A DNA stretch of 61,751 nucleotides, counting the filler. It is 6 parts of 6 records of this genome, joined end to end, with 100 filler letters (N's around TTAATTAATTAA, not from the genome) between each part and the next. Parts side by side here need not be neighbours in the genome. Positions count along the whole stretch, not along the records: positions 42,643 to 54,613 come from DRR723986_7496; positions 54,714 to 61,751 come from DRR723986_7512; 4 more parts are not named here. One strand, written 5' to 3'. The notes under the pieces were generated by a model that was given only the letters and a program-made list of their open reading frames with translations, was not told the DNA's origin and made no database searches. The first letter of the stretch is position 1; each line of letters opens with the position of its first letter. Shown here piece after piece: positions 50,589-60,737 of this stretch. Both the position numbers and the translations under genes were made by a program.

Positions 50589-51447
50589 TATAGAGACCCG
50601 AGGCCATGGTGATCACGATGCCGAGGCTTGCAAGCTGATTTGGCAGGTCTTTGAAGAATACAAAGCCAAGCAAGGTCGCGACCGGAATTTCGAGGTATTG
50701 CATCGGGGCAAGAGTGGCCGATGGCGCATAGCGCAGTGACCAGCACATGAGCAGATGTGCGCCGGTCCCCAATAGGCCAATGGCAATCAGCAGCCCCCAT
50801 TCCTCAGCGCTGGGTTGGATCATATCGAGCGGGTTCAGCCCATGCCCGGATCCCGCCCAGATCACCGGCACCATAATGGCAACGGCAATCAGACCGCTGA
50901 CCGCTTGTGATCCGATCGGGTCGGTCTCCTTGGCGATCTGGCGGGTGACAAGCATAAAGACGGAAAAGTTGGCGGCGACAAAAACCGGCAAAAGCGCGGG
51001 CCAGCCGACATTGACGAAACTGGGCTGCACCACAAAGAGCGTGCCGATAAAACCGATGATACAGGCCATCAGGCGGCGGCCGCCGACCTCTTCGTGCAAG
51101 ACAAATTTGCCGAGCAACAACATGAAGAACGGCATGACAAAGACAATCGCCACTGCGTCGGCCAATGGCAGATATTGCAAAGCGGTGAACATTGCGGCGA
51201 TGCCGATGATATGAAGAACCGTGCGAAACGCGGTGAGCCAAAGGATGCGGCCGCGCATGCGCCAGATGCGGCCTGTGCTCCAGACCAGCGGGAACAGGAT
51301 CAGTGTTTGTACCGCAAATCGGATCAAAACCACTTCCGCCAGTGGCACTGACGTCCCAAGGATTTTGGCCACGGCATCGCCGAAGGGGGCGACCGCGCAA
51401 AATCCGAGCATCAGCGCGATTCCGATGAGGGGTTTGTCCTGGGTCAT
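50545..51447 (-). CDS. DMT/EamA family transporter
   Basis: 300 aa hydrophobic; LPLADAVAI.F..P, LAPMQYLEIP. Confidence 0.88.
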   Translation of the reverse strand: MTQDKPLIGIALMLGFCAVAPFGDAVAKILGTSVPLAEVVLIRFAVQTLILFPLVWSTGRIWRMRGRILWLTAFRTVLHIIGIAAMFTALQYLPLADAVAIVFVMPFFMLLLGKFVLHEEVGGRRLMACIIGFIGTLFVVQPSFVNVGWPALLPVFVAANFSVFMLVTRQIAKETDPIGSQAVSGLIAVAIMVPVIWAGSGHGLNPLDMIQPSAEEWGLLIAIGLLGTGAHLLMCWSLRYAPSATLAPMQYLEIPVATLLGFVFFKDLPNQLASLGIVITMASGLYIIYREQATARRLAG

Positions 51448-51534
51448 CAGGGCAGACTAAGATGCCACCTTACAGATAGCAATCGTTAAAGTTGTATTTC
51501 TTTTCACCTCTCGCCTTACGTGTGTGCGCTCATC

Positions 51535-52938
51535 CTATGCGGCAGGGCGGCCGAGTTTCACCTGATTGCGTCCGCGCCCCTTTGCGGCATATAGCGCCTT
51601 GTCGGCCTGCGCGAGCAATGCCTCGCCAATGTCGTCGCAGTCTTTGGCCGGGTGCCGGTCAAGATCACAAAGCGCCATGCCAATGCTGGCCGTGATGGTG
51701 ACGGGGGCGTGTGGGGGCGGCAGGTTGATCGCGCTGGAAGAGATCGCATCGCACACCCGCAGCGCGGCGGTTTGTGCCTGCGCCAGTGTCGGGGCAGGGG
51801 TGACGATCAGAAATTCCTCACCGCCGATCCGGGCCACCATATCCGTCTTGCGCAGACATCCGCGCAGCCGGTGCGCAACCGCGACCAGAACCGCATCCCC
51901 CGAGGCATGGCCAAATTGATCGTTGATCCGTTTGAAATGGTCCAGATCTGCAATCATCACAGCAAAGGATGCGCCATTGTCCCGTGCCCGCACGGCCATC
52001 TGCGCCAGATAGGGCATGGCATAGCGCCGGTTATAAAGGCCGGTCAGCGGATCGTTGACAGCGGCCTTCAACCCTGTGCGCACCGTGGCGCGCATCTGTT
52101 CACCGATGCGTTTGCGGCGCAGCAGGGCCTTGAGCCGCAGCGACAGTTCCGCCGGATTGAACCCCGCTGTCATCAGGTCATCAGCCCCCAGATCCAGCGC
52201 CGAGGCGCCAATCTCGGCGTCGGGTTTCGTTTGCAAAACCAAGACACCGGCGTGGCGGGTCTGGGCATTGGCGCGCAGGGCGGCGATGCACCTGAGCATG
52301 GATTGCGCCGCGTCCCGTTCCCCGGGCAGGATCAGCACAAACGTATCGGGCAGGGCGCCCTTTTGCAGGGTTTGCAGCAAGGTGTCAGGTGCGGTCTGTG
52401 TGATTTGTTGATTGAGGTGGGGGCGCATCTGGATGGCCCAACTGTGCGCGGTGCCGGGGCTTGCGCAGACAAACATCGTGCGCCCCTGTTCCGCATAGGG
52501 GGTGTCAGGCTCTGCCAGACCCAGCGCGCGACTGGTGTCTTCGCGCAATTGCCATTCTGCGTCGGCGTTTTGCGCCCGCAGCAGGCTGCGCACCCGCCCG
52601 AGCAGCAGCGTATCGTCCAGTGGTTTGGGCAGAACATCCTGCGCACCGGCCTCAAGCAGAGCGACCCGCGATGCAGCGTCACCTGCGCCTTGCAAGGCCA
52701 GAACACAGATCGGCCGGGTCACCGGTTTGCGGCGCATCGCCCGGCAAAGGTCAGCGGCCTCGCCGTCAGACAGGGCCATTGCACAGATCACCAGATCCGG
52801 CATGTGGATTTCGGCCATCGTCAGCGCGTTTTTCACGCAGGACGCCTGCACAACCGTATAGCATGCCGCGGCCAGCTTGACCTTCAGCACGATCCGGTTG
52901 GTGGCAATTGAATCCACGATGAGGATCTTACCCTGCAC
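51535..52938 (-). CDS. PleD-like diguanylate cyclase (REC-REC-GGDEF)
   Basis: DPLTGLYNRRY, DLDHFKRIND.FGH..GD, RKTD I-site, GGEEF. Confidence 0.9.
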   Translation of the reverse strand: MQGKILIVDSIATNRIVLKVKLAAACYTVVQASCVKNALTMAEIHMPDLVICAMALSDGEAADLCRAMRRKPVTRPICVLALQGAGDAASRVALLEAGAQDVLPKPLDDTLLLGRVRSLLRAQNADAEWQLREDTSRALGLAEPDTPYAEQGRTMFVCASPGTAHSWAIQMRPHLNQQITQTAPDTLLQTLQKGALPDTFVLILPGERDAAQSMLRCIAALRANAQTRHAGVLVLQTKPDAEIGASALDLGADDLMTAGFNPAELSLRLKALLRRKRIGEQMRATVRTGLKAAVNDPLTGLYNRRYAMPYLAQMAVRARDNGASFAVMIADLDHFKRINDQFGHASGDAVLVAVAHRLRGCLRKTDMVARIGGEEFLIVTPAPTLAQAQTAALRVCDAISSSAINLPPPHAPVTITASIGMALCDLDRHPAKDCDDIGEALLAQADKALYAAKGRGRNQVKLGRPAA

Positions 52939-53035
52939 GCGGCGTCCTTTCCGACATGATTTGCATTTCCATGTCCCTGTATTTGGGCCTAATGGTTAAC
53001 AAACCGTTGCGATGCCCTGAAAACCGGATCACGTT

Positions 53036-53320
53036 ATGACACTCTCCGTTGATGCTGCTGAAACTCTGGCGCTGCGGGCTTTGGCCTGGCTGGCGGCCAA
53101 TGACGACCTCATGCCGACCTTTCTGGGCAGCACGGGCGCATCGGAATCCGATCTGCGTGAACGGGCCGGCGATCCGGCCTTTCTGGGGGCGGTTCTGGAT
53201 TTTCTGATGATGGATGATGCCTGGGTGATCAGCTTTTGTGACAGCGCCGCGATCCCTTATGATCAACTGATGCAAGCCCGCATGGCCCTGCCCGGCGGAG
53301 AACAGGTGAATTGGACATGA
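53036..53320 (+). CDS. DUF3572 family protein
   Basis: AETLALRALAWLA...FL..TG...FLGAVLDFL; divergent from the DGC. Confidence 0.82.
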   Translation: MTLSVDAAETLALRALAWLAANDDLMPTFLGSTGASESDLRERAGDPAFLGAVLDFLMMDDAWVISFCDSAAIPYDQLMQARMALPGGEQVNWT

Positions 53321-54012
53321 CTGATATCAAAGGCCTTTTGTTCGACAAGGACGGCACCTTGTTCGATTTCGCCGCCACATGGGAAAGCTGGGCGCATGCG
53401 TTCTTGTTGCGGGCCTGTGAGGGCGATCACGCCAAGGCCGGGCGCGTCGGTGCCACCATCGGATTTGACATGGAGGGGCGTCATTTTGCCCCCGACAGCC
53501 TTGTGATTGCCAGCACCGCAGGGGAGGTCACAGAAGCCTTGCATCCGCATTTTCCGCAGATGTCCTTTGCGGCGCTTGAGGATATGCTGAACGAAGAGGC
53601 AGCCAACACCCAGCAGCAACAAGCGGTGCCGCTGATCCCACTTTTGACCGAATTCCGACGCCGCGGGCTGGCGCTTGGGGTGGCCACCAATGATGCGGAA
53701 ATGCCGGCGCGTGCGCATCTGTTGCAGGCCGGTATCCTTGAGATGTTCGATTTTGTGGCCGGGTTCGACAGCGGTCATGGCGGCAAGCCTGCGCCGGGGC
53801 AGATGCATGCCTTTGCCGCGCAATGCGGCTTGCCCGCTGCGCAGATTGCAATGGTTGGCGACAGCACCCATGATCTTGATGCAGGACGGGCGGCTGGCAT
53901 GATCTGTGTCGGGGTTCTGACCGGCCCGGCAAGCCGCGCCGATCTTGCGCCGCACGCCGATGTTGTCCTCCCCGACATCGGGTATTTGCCGGAATGGCTG
54001 GACGCCCAATAA
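53317..54012 (+). CDS. HAD-family hydrolase (phosphoglycolate phosphatase-like)
   Basis: FDKDGTL, ATND, KP.P, MVGDS.HD. Confidence 0.9.
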   Translation: MTDIKGLLFDKDGTLFDFAATWESWAHAFLLRACEGDHAKAGRVGATIGFDMEGRHFAPDSLVIASTAGEVTEALHPHFPQMSFAALEDMLNEEAANTQQQQAVPLIPLLTEFRRRGLALGVATNDAEMPARAHLLQAGILEMFDFVAGFDSGHGGKPAPGQMHAFAAQCGLPAAQIAMVGDSTHDLDAGRAAGMICVGVLTGPASRADLAPHADVVLPDIGYLPEWLDAQ

Positions 54013-54118
54013 TCTGGCATTTTTGGACCGGAGATGAAAAACGACATTTGCCGTCGTGAATGGAAAGGCTGGCGTGATGTTGATGGTGCCTTCTGAGGCC
54101 AACTCAGGAGACAACGAC

Positions 54119-54613
54119 ATGACACAGCCACCCAAACGCAGAACCCGCGGCGGCGGCCGCGCAGGGGCAAAAGACCGGCGCGGCAGCGCGGTGATTGAAC
54201 AAATGCCGTGGAACCCGCCGGTGAATATCGACCGGCCCACCGAACCTTTGAGCCCCGAAGGGGTCGAGGCGGTCCATGACGGCGCAATGCGCATTCTCGA
54301 AGAGATCGGCATTGAGTTTCTCAACCCCGAGGCGCTTGAGATTCTGCGCAAGGCGGGCTGTACGATCAATGGCGAAAACGTTCGCATGGGCCGCGACTTT
54401 GTCATGGAGTGGGTCGGCAAGGCGCCGTCCGAGTTCACGCTGACGCCGCGCAACGAGAAAAGGAAGATCACCGTCGGCGGCAATAATCTGTTGTTTGGCA
54501 ACGTGTCTTCGCCGCCAAACTATTGGGACATGTCCATTGGCAAAAAGGTGCCGGGCACCCGTGAGATGTGCCGCAACCTGCTCAAGCTGACGCAATATTT
54601 CAACTGTATCCAC
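54119..54613 (+). CDS. Trimethylamine methyltransferase (MttB) family protein, 5' fragment
   Basis: RRTRGGGR N-terminus, PLSPEGVEAVHDGAMRILEEIG, APSEFTL..RN. Confidence 0.85.
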
Positions 54614-54713
54614 NNNNNNNNNNNNNNNNNNNNNNNNNNNNNNNNNNNNNNNNNNNNTTAATTAATTAANNNNNNNNNNNNNNNNNNNNNNNNNNNNNNN
54701 NNNNNNNNNNNNN
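54614..54713. other. Artificial contig spacer
   Basis: N-run, TTAATTAATTAA, N-run. Confidence 0.99.
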
Positions 54714-54715
54714 AT

Positions 54716-55354
54716 CTGCTGGATCAACTCACCTTGGCCAAGGCGGAAAAGCTGAAGCTTGAGGAGGAGTTGGCCGCCTACTCGGCCACCGGGTTGTCGC
54801 CTGCGCAGATCGAAGGCATGGCAGAGACGCTGGACGAACTCGATAGCCGCCGTGCGTCATTGGCCCAGACCGGGGCACAGATCGCTGCGACGATCAAGGA
54901 TAAGGCCGGAGACAGGATTGCGGCTCTCGGCGGAAGGATATTGCCCGACGGCGACGTGATATTCCCGGATGCGATCCTGTTCGACGCGGGTCAGGACACC
55001 ATCAAACCCGACTTCGACCGGCTTCTGCAGACGTTCTGCCGCCTCTGGTTCGAAACGCTTTACGAGCAGCGGGAAGCGCTGGACACGGTTCAGGTCGAAG
55101 GTCACGCCTCGAGTGAGTATGCCAGCCTGAACGCCGAGGAGGCTTTCGTCAGAAACCTCGACTTGAGCCAACGTCGCGCTGCGGCCGTCTTCGGGCGATG
55201 TCTGGCCTTGGGTGGTGACGACGACGTCACGGCCTGGGCACGTACTGCGATGGCAGCCGTTGGCTACTCATCCTCGCGTGCCATCATGGAGAACGGTATC
55301 GAAAACCGCTCAGCTTCCCGCCGGGTGGTCTTCGCCTTGGAGCCCAAGACCTGA
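54716..55354 (+). CDS. OmpA/MotB-family peptidoglycan-binding protein, ZorB-like, 5'-truncated
   Basis: Frame open from contig start. Coiled coil, then ILFDAG...VEGHASS...NLDLSQRRA..V...W...AVGYSSS...SRRVVF. Confidence 0.75.
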   Translation: MLDQLTLAKAEKLKLEEELAAYSATGLSPAQIEGMAETLDELDSRRASLAQTGAQIAATIKDKAGDRIAALGGRILPDGDVIFPDAILFDAGQDTIKPDFDRLLQTFCRLWFETLYEQREALDTVQVEGHASSEYASLNAEEAFVRNLDLSQRRAAAVFGRCLALGGDDDVTAWARTAMAAVGYSSSRAIMENGIENRSASRRVVFALEPKT

Positions 55355-55486
55355 AACCAGATGACCAAGGCTGTTCTTGCTGCGAGTGCGAGTTCGGCAA
55401 CGTCCGCTGCGTGCTCTTCCGGCCGAAGGGTGTGGGGGCCCGGCACGCTGTGCCGGTTTCCAACCCTTCGATGTGGTGACATCCAG

Positions 55487-56257
55487 CTACGGCCTCTTCG
55501 ACGGACGCGTGCTGCGATCTGGCGCCTCTGCGAACCAACGTGCCAAGGGCGGTGCGACATCCGTCGACGACTTGGCCGGGGGGCGTGCCATGGTTCCCGC
55601 CCATGCCCCAAGCGGCGAGAGATGTGCTTGGGTAACGGCTTGCAGCAGCGCGGCACGGATCGGATCGATCAGGACCGCAGGGATCTCTCCGGCGATCTGT
55701 GGCGCGAGGCCCGCGATTGGTGCCCCCGCGAGGATCAGGACATCGGCGTGACGGGAGGCGCGCAGGCAGGTCTCGACCAGAGGCGCGCGCATGTCCTCCG
55801 CGACCTGAGTGACGGCGCCCATGGCCGCGTCGGGCACGAACGTTCCGGCAAAGCGCGTCTCCAACCCGGCCAGCCGCACCTGTTCCTCGTACCATGGCAC
55901 CATGCGCGCGGTGAAGGTGACGAAGGCAAACCGCTGCCCCAGCGAGAGGGCCGATTGCATCGAAGCCTCGGTCATGCCCGTAACGGGCCGGTCGAACAAT
56001 TCGCGCGCCGCCCTGAGGCCGGGATCGCCGAAGGCCGCCAGGATGGCCGCGTCCCAGTCATCTGCCCGTTCCGCCAGCATCTCGAGGGCGATGGTCCCGG
56101 CGACCTGCGCCTCGGCGACGCTGGAGATGTAGGGGAAGCCGCGCGGCGCGGTGGCCGTCTCCAGCGTGACGCCCACAGGCAGCACGGCGCGGGCGGAGGT
56201 GGCGAGGCGCTCGGTCAGCGCCTCGGTGGTGTTCGGGTTCAACAGCAGCAGGCGCAT
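55487..56257 (-). CDS. Asp/Glu/hydantoin racemase family protein lacking both catalytic Cys
   Basis: Start reset to MRLLLLNPNTT. AAFGDPG and LAGAP occupy the canonical ACFxDPG and LGCAG positions. Confidence 0.85.
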   Translation of the reverse strand: MRLLLLNPNTTEALTERLATSARAVLPVGVTLETATAPRGFPYISSVAEAQVAGTIALEMLAERADDWDAAILAAFGDPGLRAARELFDRPVTGMTEASMQSALSLGQRFAFVTFTARMVPWYEEQVRLAGLETRFAGTFVPDAAMGAVTQVAEDMRAPLVETCLRASRHADVLILAGAPIAGLAPQIAGEIPAVLIDPIRAALLQAVTQAHLSPLGAWAGTMARPPAKSSTDVAPPLARWFAEAPDRSTRPSKRP

Positions 56258-57537
56258 CAGTAGCCAAGCCTTTCCGGCAGCCAGGTCACCACGCCCGGCA
56301 CCAGCATGCACAGCAGCAGCACCGCGTACATCGCCGCAATGAAGGGCCAGCTTTCGCGCACCAGTTCCCCCATCCGGACCCCGGTGATGCCGGTGACGAC
56401 GAACAGCACCACGCCCACCGGCGGCGTCAGCATGCCGATCACAAGGTTGAGCACGAAGAGAAACCCGAAGTGCAGCGGGTCGATGCCGTATTGCAACGCG
56501 ATCGGGTGAAAGAGCGGCACGAGCATGATGTAGGCGGCATTCGATTCGAGGAACATGCCGACCACCAGCAGCATCACCGCCACAAGGCCGAGGAAGACCA
56601 GCGGGTTCTCTGTGATGCCTTGCAGCAGCCCGGCCAGTTTGAACGGCAGCATGTCGATGGTGAAGAGGAAGGTGACGGTCGAGGCGTAGGCGATCATCGC
56701 CCCCACGAGGGCAGAGGTCTTGGCCGCCGTCAGCAGCACGTCGGGCAGGTCCGCGAGGGTCAGCTTCTTCGTGACGAAGAAGCCGAGGAAGAGCGCGTAA
56801 CAGACGCCGATGGCCGCGCCTTCGGTCGGGGTGAAGGCGCCGGCGACGATGCCGCCTATGACCACGACGGGCATGAGGAAGACGATGAAGCTGCGCTTGA
56901 GTTCGCGGCCGACGCGGGCCAGCGAAAAGGCCTCGCCCGCCAGCGGATAGTCGCGCTTCCAGGCGATGAACCAGCACAGGATCATGAAGGCGGCAAAGAG
57001 GATCAGCCCCGGCACGACGCCCGACATGAAGAGGCCGCCGACGGTGACGGTCGATCCGGCCATGAAGGCGTAGACGATCATCGCCCCCGAGGGCGGGATG
57101 ATCGGGCCGAGGTTGGCGGCGGCGGCGACCACACCGGTCGAAAAGCCAAGGCCATACTGTTTGCGCAGCGAGGGCACGAGGGTCGAGGACAGCGCCGAGG
57201 CATCGGCCACGGCGGCGCCCGAGACGGAGGCCAGACCGGCGCCCGAGACGATGGCCACCTGTGCCAGCCCGCCCCGCATCCGCCCGATGAAGGCGTTGGC
57301 GAAATCCACGAGGCGCTCCATGATGCCGCCCTTCAGCATCAGCTCGCCCGCGATCATGAAAAGCGGGATCGACATGAGCGGAAAGGAATTGACCGCGTTC
57401 ATCAGGCGCGGCGGCAGCATCAGCAGGTCGATGTCCGCCAGCCACAGCCCGGCCAGCGCCGAGACACCCAGCGAAAAGGCCAGCGGCATCCCGAGAAAGG
57501 CCAGCACGAGGAAGGTGATGATGACGAACAGGCTCAT
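56257..57537 (-). CDS. dctM: TRAP transporter large permease DctM
   Basis: SFPLMSIPLFMIAGELM, SGAAVAD, IIPPS, FTPTE, TPPVG. Confidence 0.93.
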   Translation of the reverse strand: MSLFVIITFLVLAFLGMPLAFSLGVSALAGLWLADIDLLMLPPRLMNAVNSFPLMSIPLFMIAGELMLKGGIMERLVDFANAFIGRMRGGLAQVAIVSGAGLASVSGAAVADASALSSTLVPSLRKQYGLGFSTGVVAAAANLGPIIPPSGAMIVYAFMAGSTVTVGGLFMSGVVPGLILFAAFMILCWFIAWKRDYPLAGEAFSLARVGRELKRSFIVFLMPVVVIGGIVAGAFTPTEGAAIGVCYALFLGFFVTKKLTLADLPDVLLTAAKTSALVGAMIAYASTVTFLFTIDMLPFKLAGLLQGITENPLVFLGLVAVMLLVVGMFLESNAAYIMLVPLFHPIALQYGIDPLHFGFLFVLNLVIGMLTPPVGVVLFVVTGITGVRMGELVRESWPFIAAMYAVLLLCMLVPGVVTWLPERLGY

Positions 57538-58031
57538 GACGCGGTCCGGGGCTTTGGGTCGAGGGGGACGAGGGCGAGGTGGACCAGGTGCAGCGCGCAA
57601 TGGGCCGCGCCGAGGATCACCGGGAAGAAGAAGACGGAAGAGGTCAGGTCGATGGATCCCAGCCGCTCGGACCAGGTCGACAGCGCCACCGAGACGGAGG
57701 TCCAGAGGATGACCAGCATCATCCCGGCGGCGAGCGCGCTCATGACGCGCGACAACGCGCGGCGCACCGCGTCGGGGAAGCGTTCGACCAGCAGGTCTAT
57801 GCCGACATGGGTGCCGTCACGAATGCCCAGCGGGATAGCGAGGAAGATGGTCCAGACGAAGGCGAGGCGGCTCACCTCGTCGGCCCAGTCGAACGATCCG
57901 TTGAAGACGTAGCGCATCACCACCTGTGCCGAGACGACGGCCACCATGGCCGCCGCGCCCGTCATCACCAGAAGACGCGCGCCGTAGTCGGCGCGCGTCA
58001 GGATCGCTGTCAGAAGGCGATCGAGGGTCAT
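57534..58031 (-). CDS. dctQ: TRAP transporter small permease DctQ
   Basis: QVVMRY.FN...WADEV.R..FVW, HVGID. Confidence 0.9.
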   Translation of the reverse strand: MTLDRLLTAILTRADYGARLLVMTGAAAMVAVVSAQVVMRYVFNGSFDWADEVSRLAFVWTIFLAIPLGIRDGTHVGIDLLVERFPDAVRRALSRVMSALAAGMMLVILWTSVSVALSTWSERLGSIDLTSSVFFFPVILGAAHCALHLVHLALVPLDPKPRTAS

Positions 58032-58032
58032 T

Positions 58033-59022
58033 TCACATGCCGCTCGCGGCGGTCTCGGTCTCGAGCAGGGTGACCAGCGCCGGGTCGAGCCGCGCCTTGG
58101 TCTCTGCGGCGACCTCGGCGGTCATGCTGCGCAGATCCGCGGCCAGTTCGTCCGAAACCGGCGTGTAGGTCATGCCTTTTTCCTCGAGGAGCGCGAGCCC
58201 TTCGGCGTCCTGCTCGGCTGCCAATTCGCGCTGGTAGGCAATCGCCGTCGCCATGGCTTCATCGACCATCGCCTGCGTGTCCGCGTCGAGGCCGTCGTAC
58301 CACTTGGCGTTGCCCACGACCGAGATGAAGTCGAAGAAATGCCCGGTGTTGGAGACATGCTCCTGCACCTCGGCATAGCCCGCCACATTGATGATCGCGA
58401 AGGGGTTTTCCTGCCCGTCGATCACGCCTTGTTCGAGCGCCGAGTAGAGCTCCTTCACGTCCATCGCGACCGGGTTGGCCCCCAGCGCGCGGAAGGTGGC
58501 GAGGTGCGTCTCGTTGGGTTGCAGGCGGATCTTGAGGCCTTCGATGTCCTCGACCGTCACGATCGGGCGGACATTGTTGGTCAGCTGGCGAAATCCAAGC
58601 TCCATGTAGCCCATGGAGGTCATGCCTGCCTCGGCCATCTTCTCGTCCAGAGCGTCACCCACGGGGCCGTCGACGATGGCAAAGGCGGTCTCGCGGTCAG
58701 GGAACTGGAAGGGCAGACCGATGATCTCCAACTCGGGGACGGTGCGGGTCAGGTAGGCGGTGCCGACCCACATCATCTCGATGGCGCCCACCTTGACGGC
58801 CTGCACGTTCTCGGCGGCCCCGCCCAGCTGCTGCGCCGGGAAGATGTCGACCTCGATCTCGCCCTCGGAAAGGCGTTCCAGCTCTTCCTCGAACTTCTTC
58901 AGCGCGAGGGAGGAAGAATGCTCGGTGGCGAAGTTGCCCGCCACGCGGATCTTCTCGGCATGGGCGGCGGAGGCTGCGAGGGCCAGTACGGACGCGGAGA
59001 GGAGGGTGCGTGCAAAGGTCAT
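58033..59022 (-). CDS. dctP: TRAP transporter substrate-binding protein DctP
   Basis: Signal peptide; FPAQQLG, GFR..TN, GLKIR, ELYSALEQGVIDGQENP. Confidence 0.93.
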   Translation of the reverse strand: MTFARTLLSASVLALAASAAHAEKIRVAGNFATEHSSSLALKKFEEELERLSEGEIEVDIFPAQQLGGAAENVQAVKVGAIEMMWVGTAYLTRTVPELEIIGLPFQFPDRETAFAIVDGPVGDALDEKMAEAGMTSMGYMELGFRQLTNNVRPIVTVEDIEGLKIRLQPNETHLATFRALGANPVAMDVKELYSALEQGVIDGQENPFAIINVAGYAEVQEHVSNTGHFFDFISVVGNAKWYDGLDADTQAMVDEAMATAIAYQRELAAEQDAEGLALLEEKGMTYTPVSDELAADLRSMTAEVAAETKARLDPALVTLLETETAASGM

Positions 59023-59579
59023 TGGATGGGTTCCTTGGTGTCAGGGGAGGGAGAGGTGGTGGGCTGTGCGCCGAAGGCATTGGCGGCGCGTGTGCGGATG
59101 ACCGAGGCGATCTCGGCCAGGGTGGAGACATGTTCCTCCAGGGCGGAGGCTCGGCTGCGGCGTTCGAAGCTGTCGAAGAGGAAGGTCAGGTCCGGCACGC
59201 GGTGCAGCGCGATGATGAAGGGATGACCGAAACGGGCGCGGTAACCCGCGTTCAACCGCGACAGGCGGCGGGCATCGGCAGAATCGAGCGACATCAGCCC
59301 GAGCCGCCCCTGTTCGCCCTGCGATTCCGTGGTCATCTCGCCCGCCAGAGCCTCGCGGCCGGCGAGTTCGGGATGCGCCCGGAACAGGTCGAGCCGCCGG
59401 TCCGGCCCGGCCTGCAGAATGGTCTCGACGAGGGCGCTCGCGACCGCCGCGTCGGTGTCGAAGGGACGTGCCCCGAGCGTATCCTGCGCCACCCACGGGC
59501 TGCGCTCGACCAGCGGGGCGAGCAGCGCCAACGCCGTCTCCGGGCGGGCGGTATTGAGGGTGTGAAGCAGGCGGGGCAT
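59019..59579 (-). CDS. uraD: OHCU decarboxylase
   Basis: ERSPWVA, RPF, AHPELAG, S..EQ, Y..RFGHPFII. Confidence 0.85.
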   Translation of the reverse strand: MPRLLHTLNTARPETALALLAPLVERSPWVAQDTLGARPFDTDAAVASALVETILQAGPDRRLDLFRAHPELAGREALAGEMTTESQGEQGRLGLMSLDSADARRLSRLNAGYRARFGHPFIIALHRVPDLTFLFDSFERRSRASALEEHVSTLAEIASVIRTRAANAFGAQPTTSPSPDTKEPIQ

Positions 59580-59711
59580 GGGCGGTTCCGGGTCCGTATC
59601 GGTGCGTCGAACTCACCCTAGCTGCGGTCAGGCATTGCAATCCATGATATAAGCGGCAATCCTGCGTTCTGATAATTCGAACGGTGTTGCCGTCCTCCCC
59701 CGTGTGGTGTC

Positions 59712-60656
59712 ATGTCCCTCTACCTCGTTCCCAAGTCGCTGCTCTATATCGAGGCCGTGGCCGATCACCGCTCGATCCAGGCGGCGGCGCGGGCGATCCG
59801 GATCTCCGCCTCGGCCATCGACCGGCAGATCAAGCTGATCGAGGACCGTCTCGGGACGCAACTCTTCGACCGCCAGACGACCGGCATGACGCTGACGACT
59901 GCCGGAGAAATGTTCGTTCTGCTGGCACGCCGCTGGCAGGAGGACGAGACCCGGCTGCTGGGCGAGGTGCGGCAGATGCAGGGCGTCGACTTCGGCCATG
60001 TGCGGCTGGTGACGATGGACAGCCTCGTGAACGGGCTGGTGCCGCAGTTCCTCGCCTCGGTGGCGCAGGAGTTTCCGCGCGTGCGCGTCGATGTCGAAAT
60101 CGCCACACCGGACGGGGCGGCGCAGATGCTCGACAGCGGCGACTGCGAACTGGCCCTGTGCTTCAACCTGAGGTCGAGCCGGGACATCCACGTGCTCTGG
60201 AGCGCCGAGCTGCCGCTGCATTGCGTGATGGCGCCGGGGCATCCTCTGGCGGCGCAGGCCTCCGTGACCATGGCGCAGGTGCGCGCCCATGCCATCGCCG
60301 TCCAGAGCCGGGCGCTCGCGATCCGGCGCATGCTGGAGGCGCGGCATGCCTGGATGTTCGAGGAGGGACCGACGCCGGTGGTCACCAACTCGCTGCAACT
60401 GCTGAAGCAATTGGTGGTCGCCGGGAAGCACGTCGCGCTGACCTCCGAGATGGACGCCGCGCCGGAGCTGCTGTCGGGCCAACTCATCGCCATCCCGGTC
60501 ACGGGCACGAACATTGCCGCGCAGGCGATCACCCTCGCGGTCAATCCCCGACAGAGCCTGCCGCGCATCGCGACGATCCTCGCCGACCGGCTGGCGCGCG
60601 ATGCGGAGGCGATGCTGGGCGCATTGCGCGCGGCCTCTGACCGACCCGCGTCATGA
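59712..60656 (+). CDS. LysR-family regulator, divergent from uraD operon
   Basis: SIQAAARAIRISASAIDRQIKLIE.RLG.QLFDR HTH plus substrate domain. Confidence 0.9.
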   Translation: MSLYLVPKSLLYIEAVADHRSIQAAARAIRISASAIDRQIKLIEDRLGTQLFDRQTTGMTLTTAGEMFVLLARRWQEDETRLLGEVRQMQGVDFGHVRLVTMDSLVNGLVPQFLASVAQEFPRVRVDVEIATPDGAAQMLDSGDCELALCFNLRSSRDIHVLWSAELPLHCVMAPGHPLAAQASVTMAQVRAHAIAVQSRALAIRRMLEARHAWMFEEGPTPVVTNSLQLLKQLVVAGKHVALTSEMDAAPELLSGQLIAIPVTGTNIAAQAITLAVNPRQSLPRIATILADRLARDAEAMLGALRAASDRPAS

Positions 60657-60737
60657 CATTTGCCCTTCATCCGTCGCGGCGGCTTTCGCATCGCACCCGC
60701 GGCGAAGTAGACTTTCCTGATCAACCGAGGACCGCGC

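Noticed and set aside
55487..57445. 652-aa racemase fusion ORF
   Set aside because: Upstream part overlaps dctM in another frame; the real start is MRLLLLNPN at 56257.
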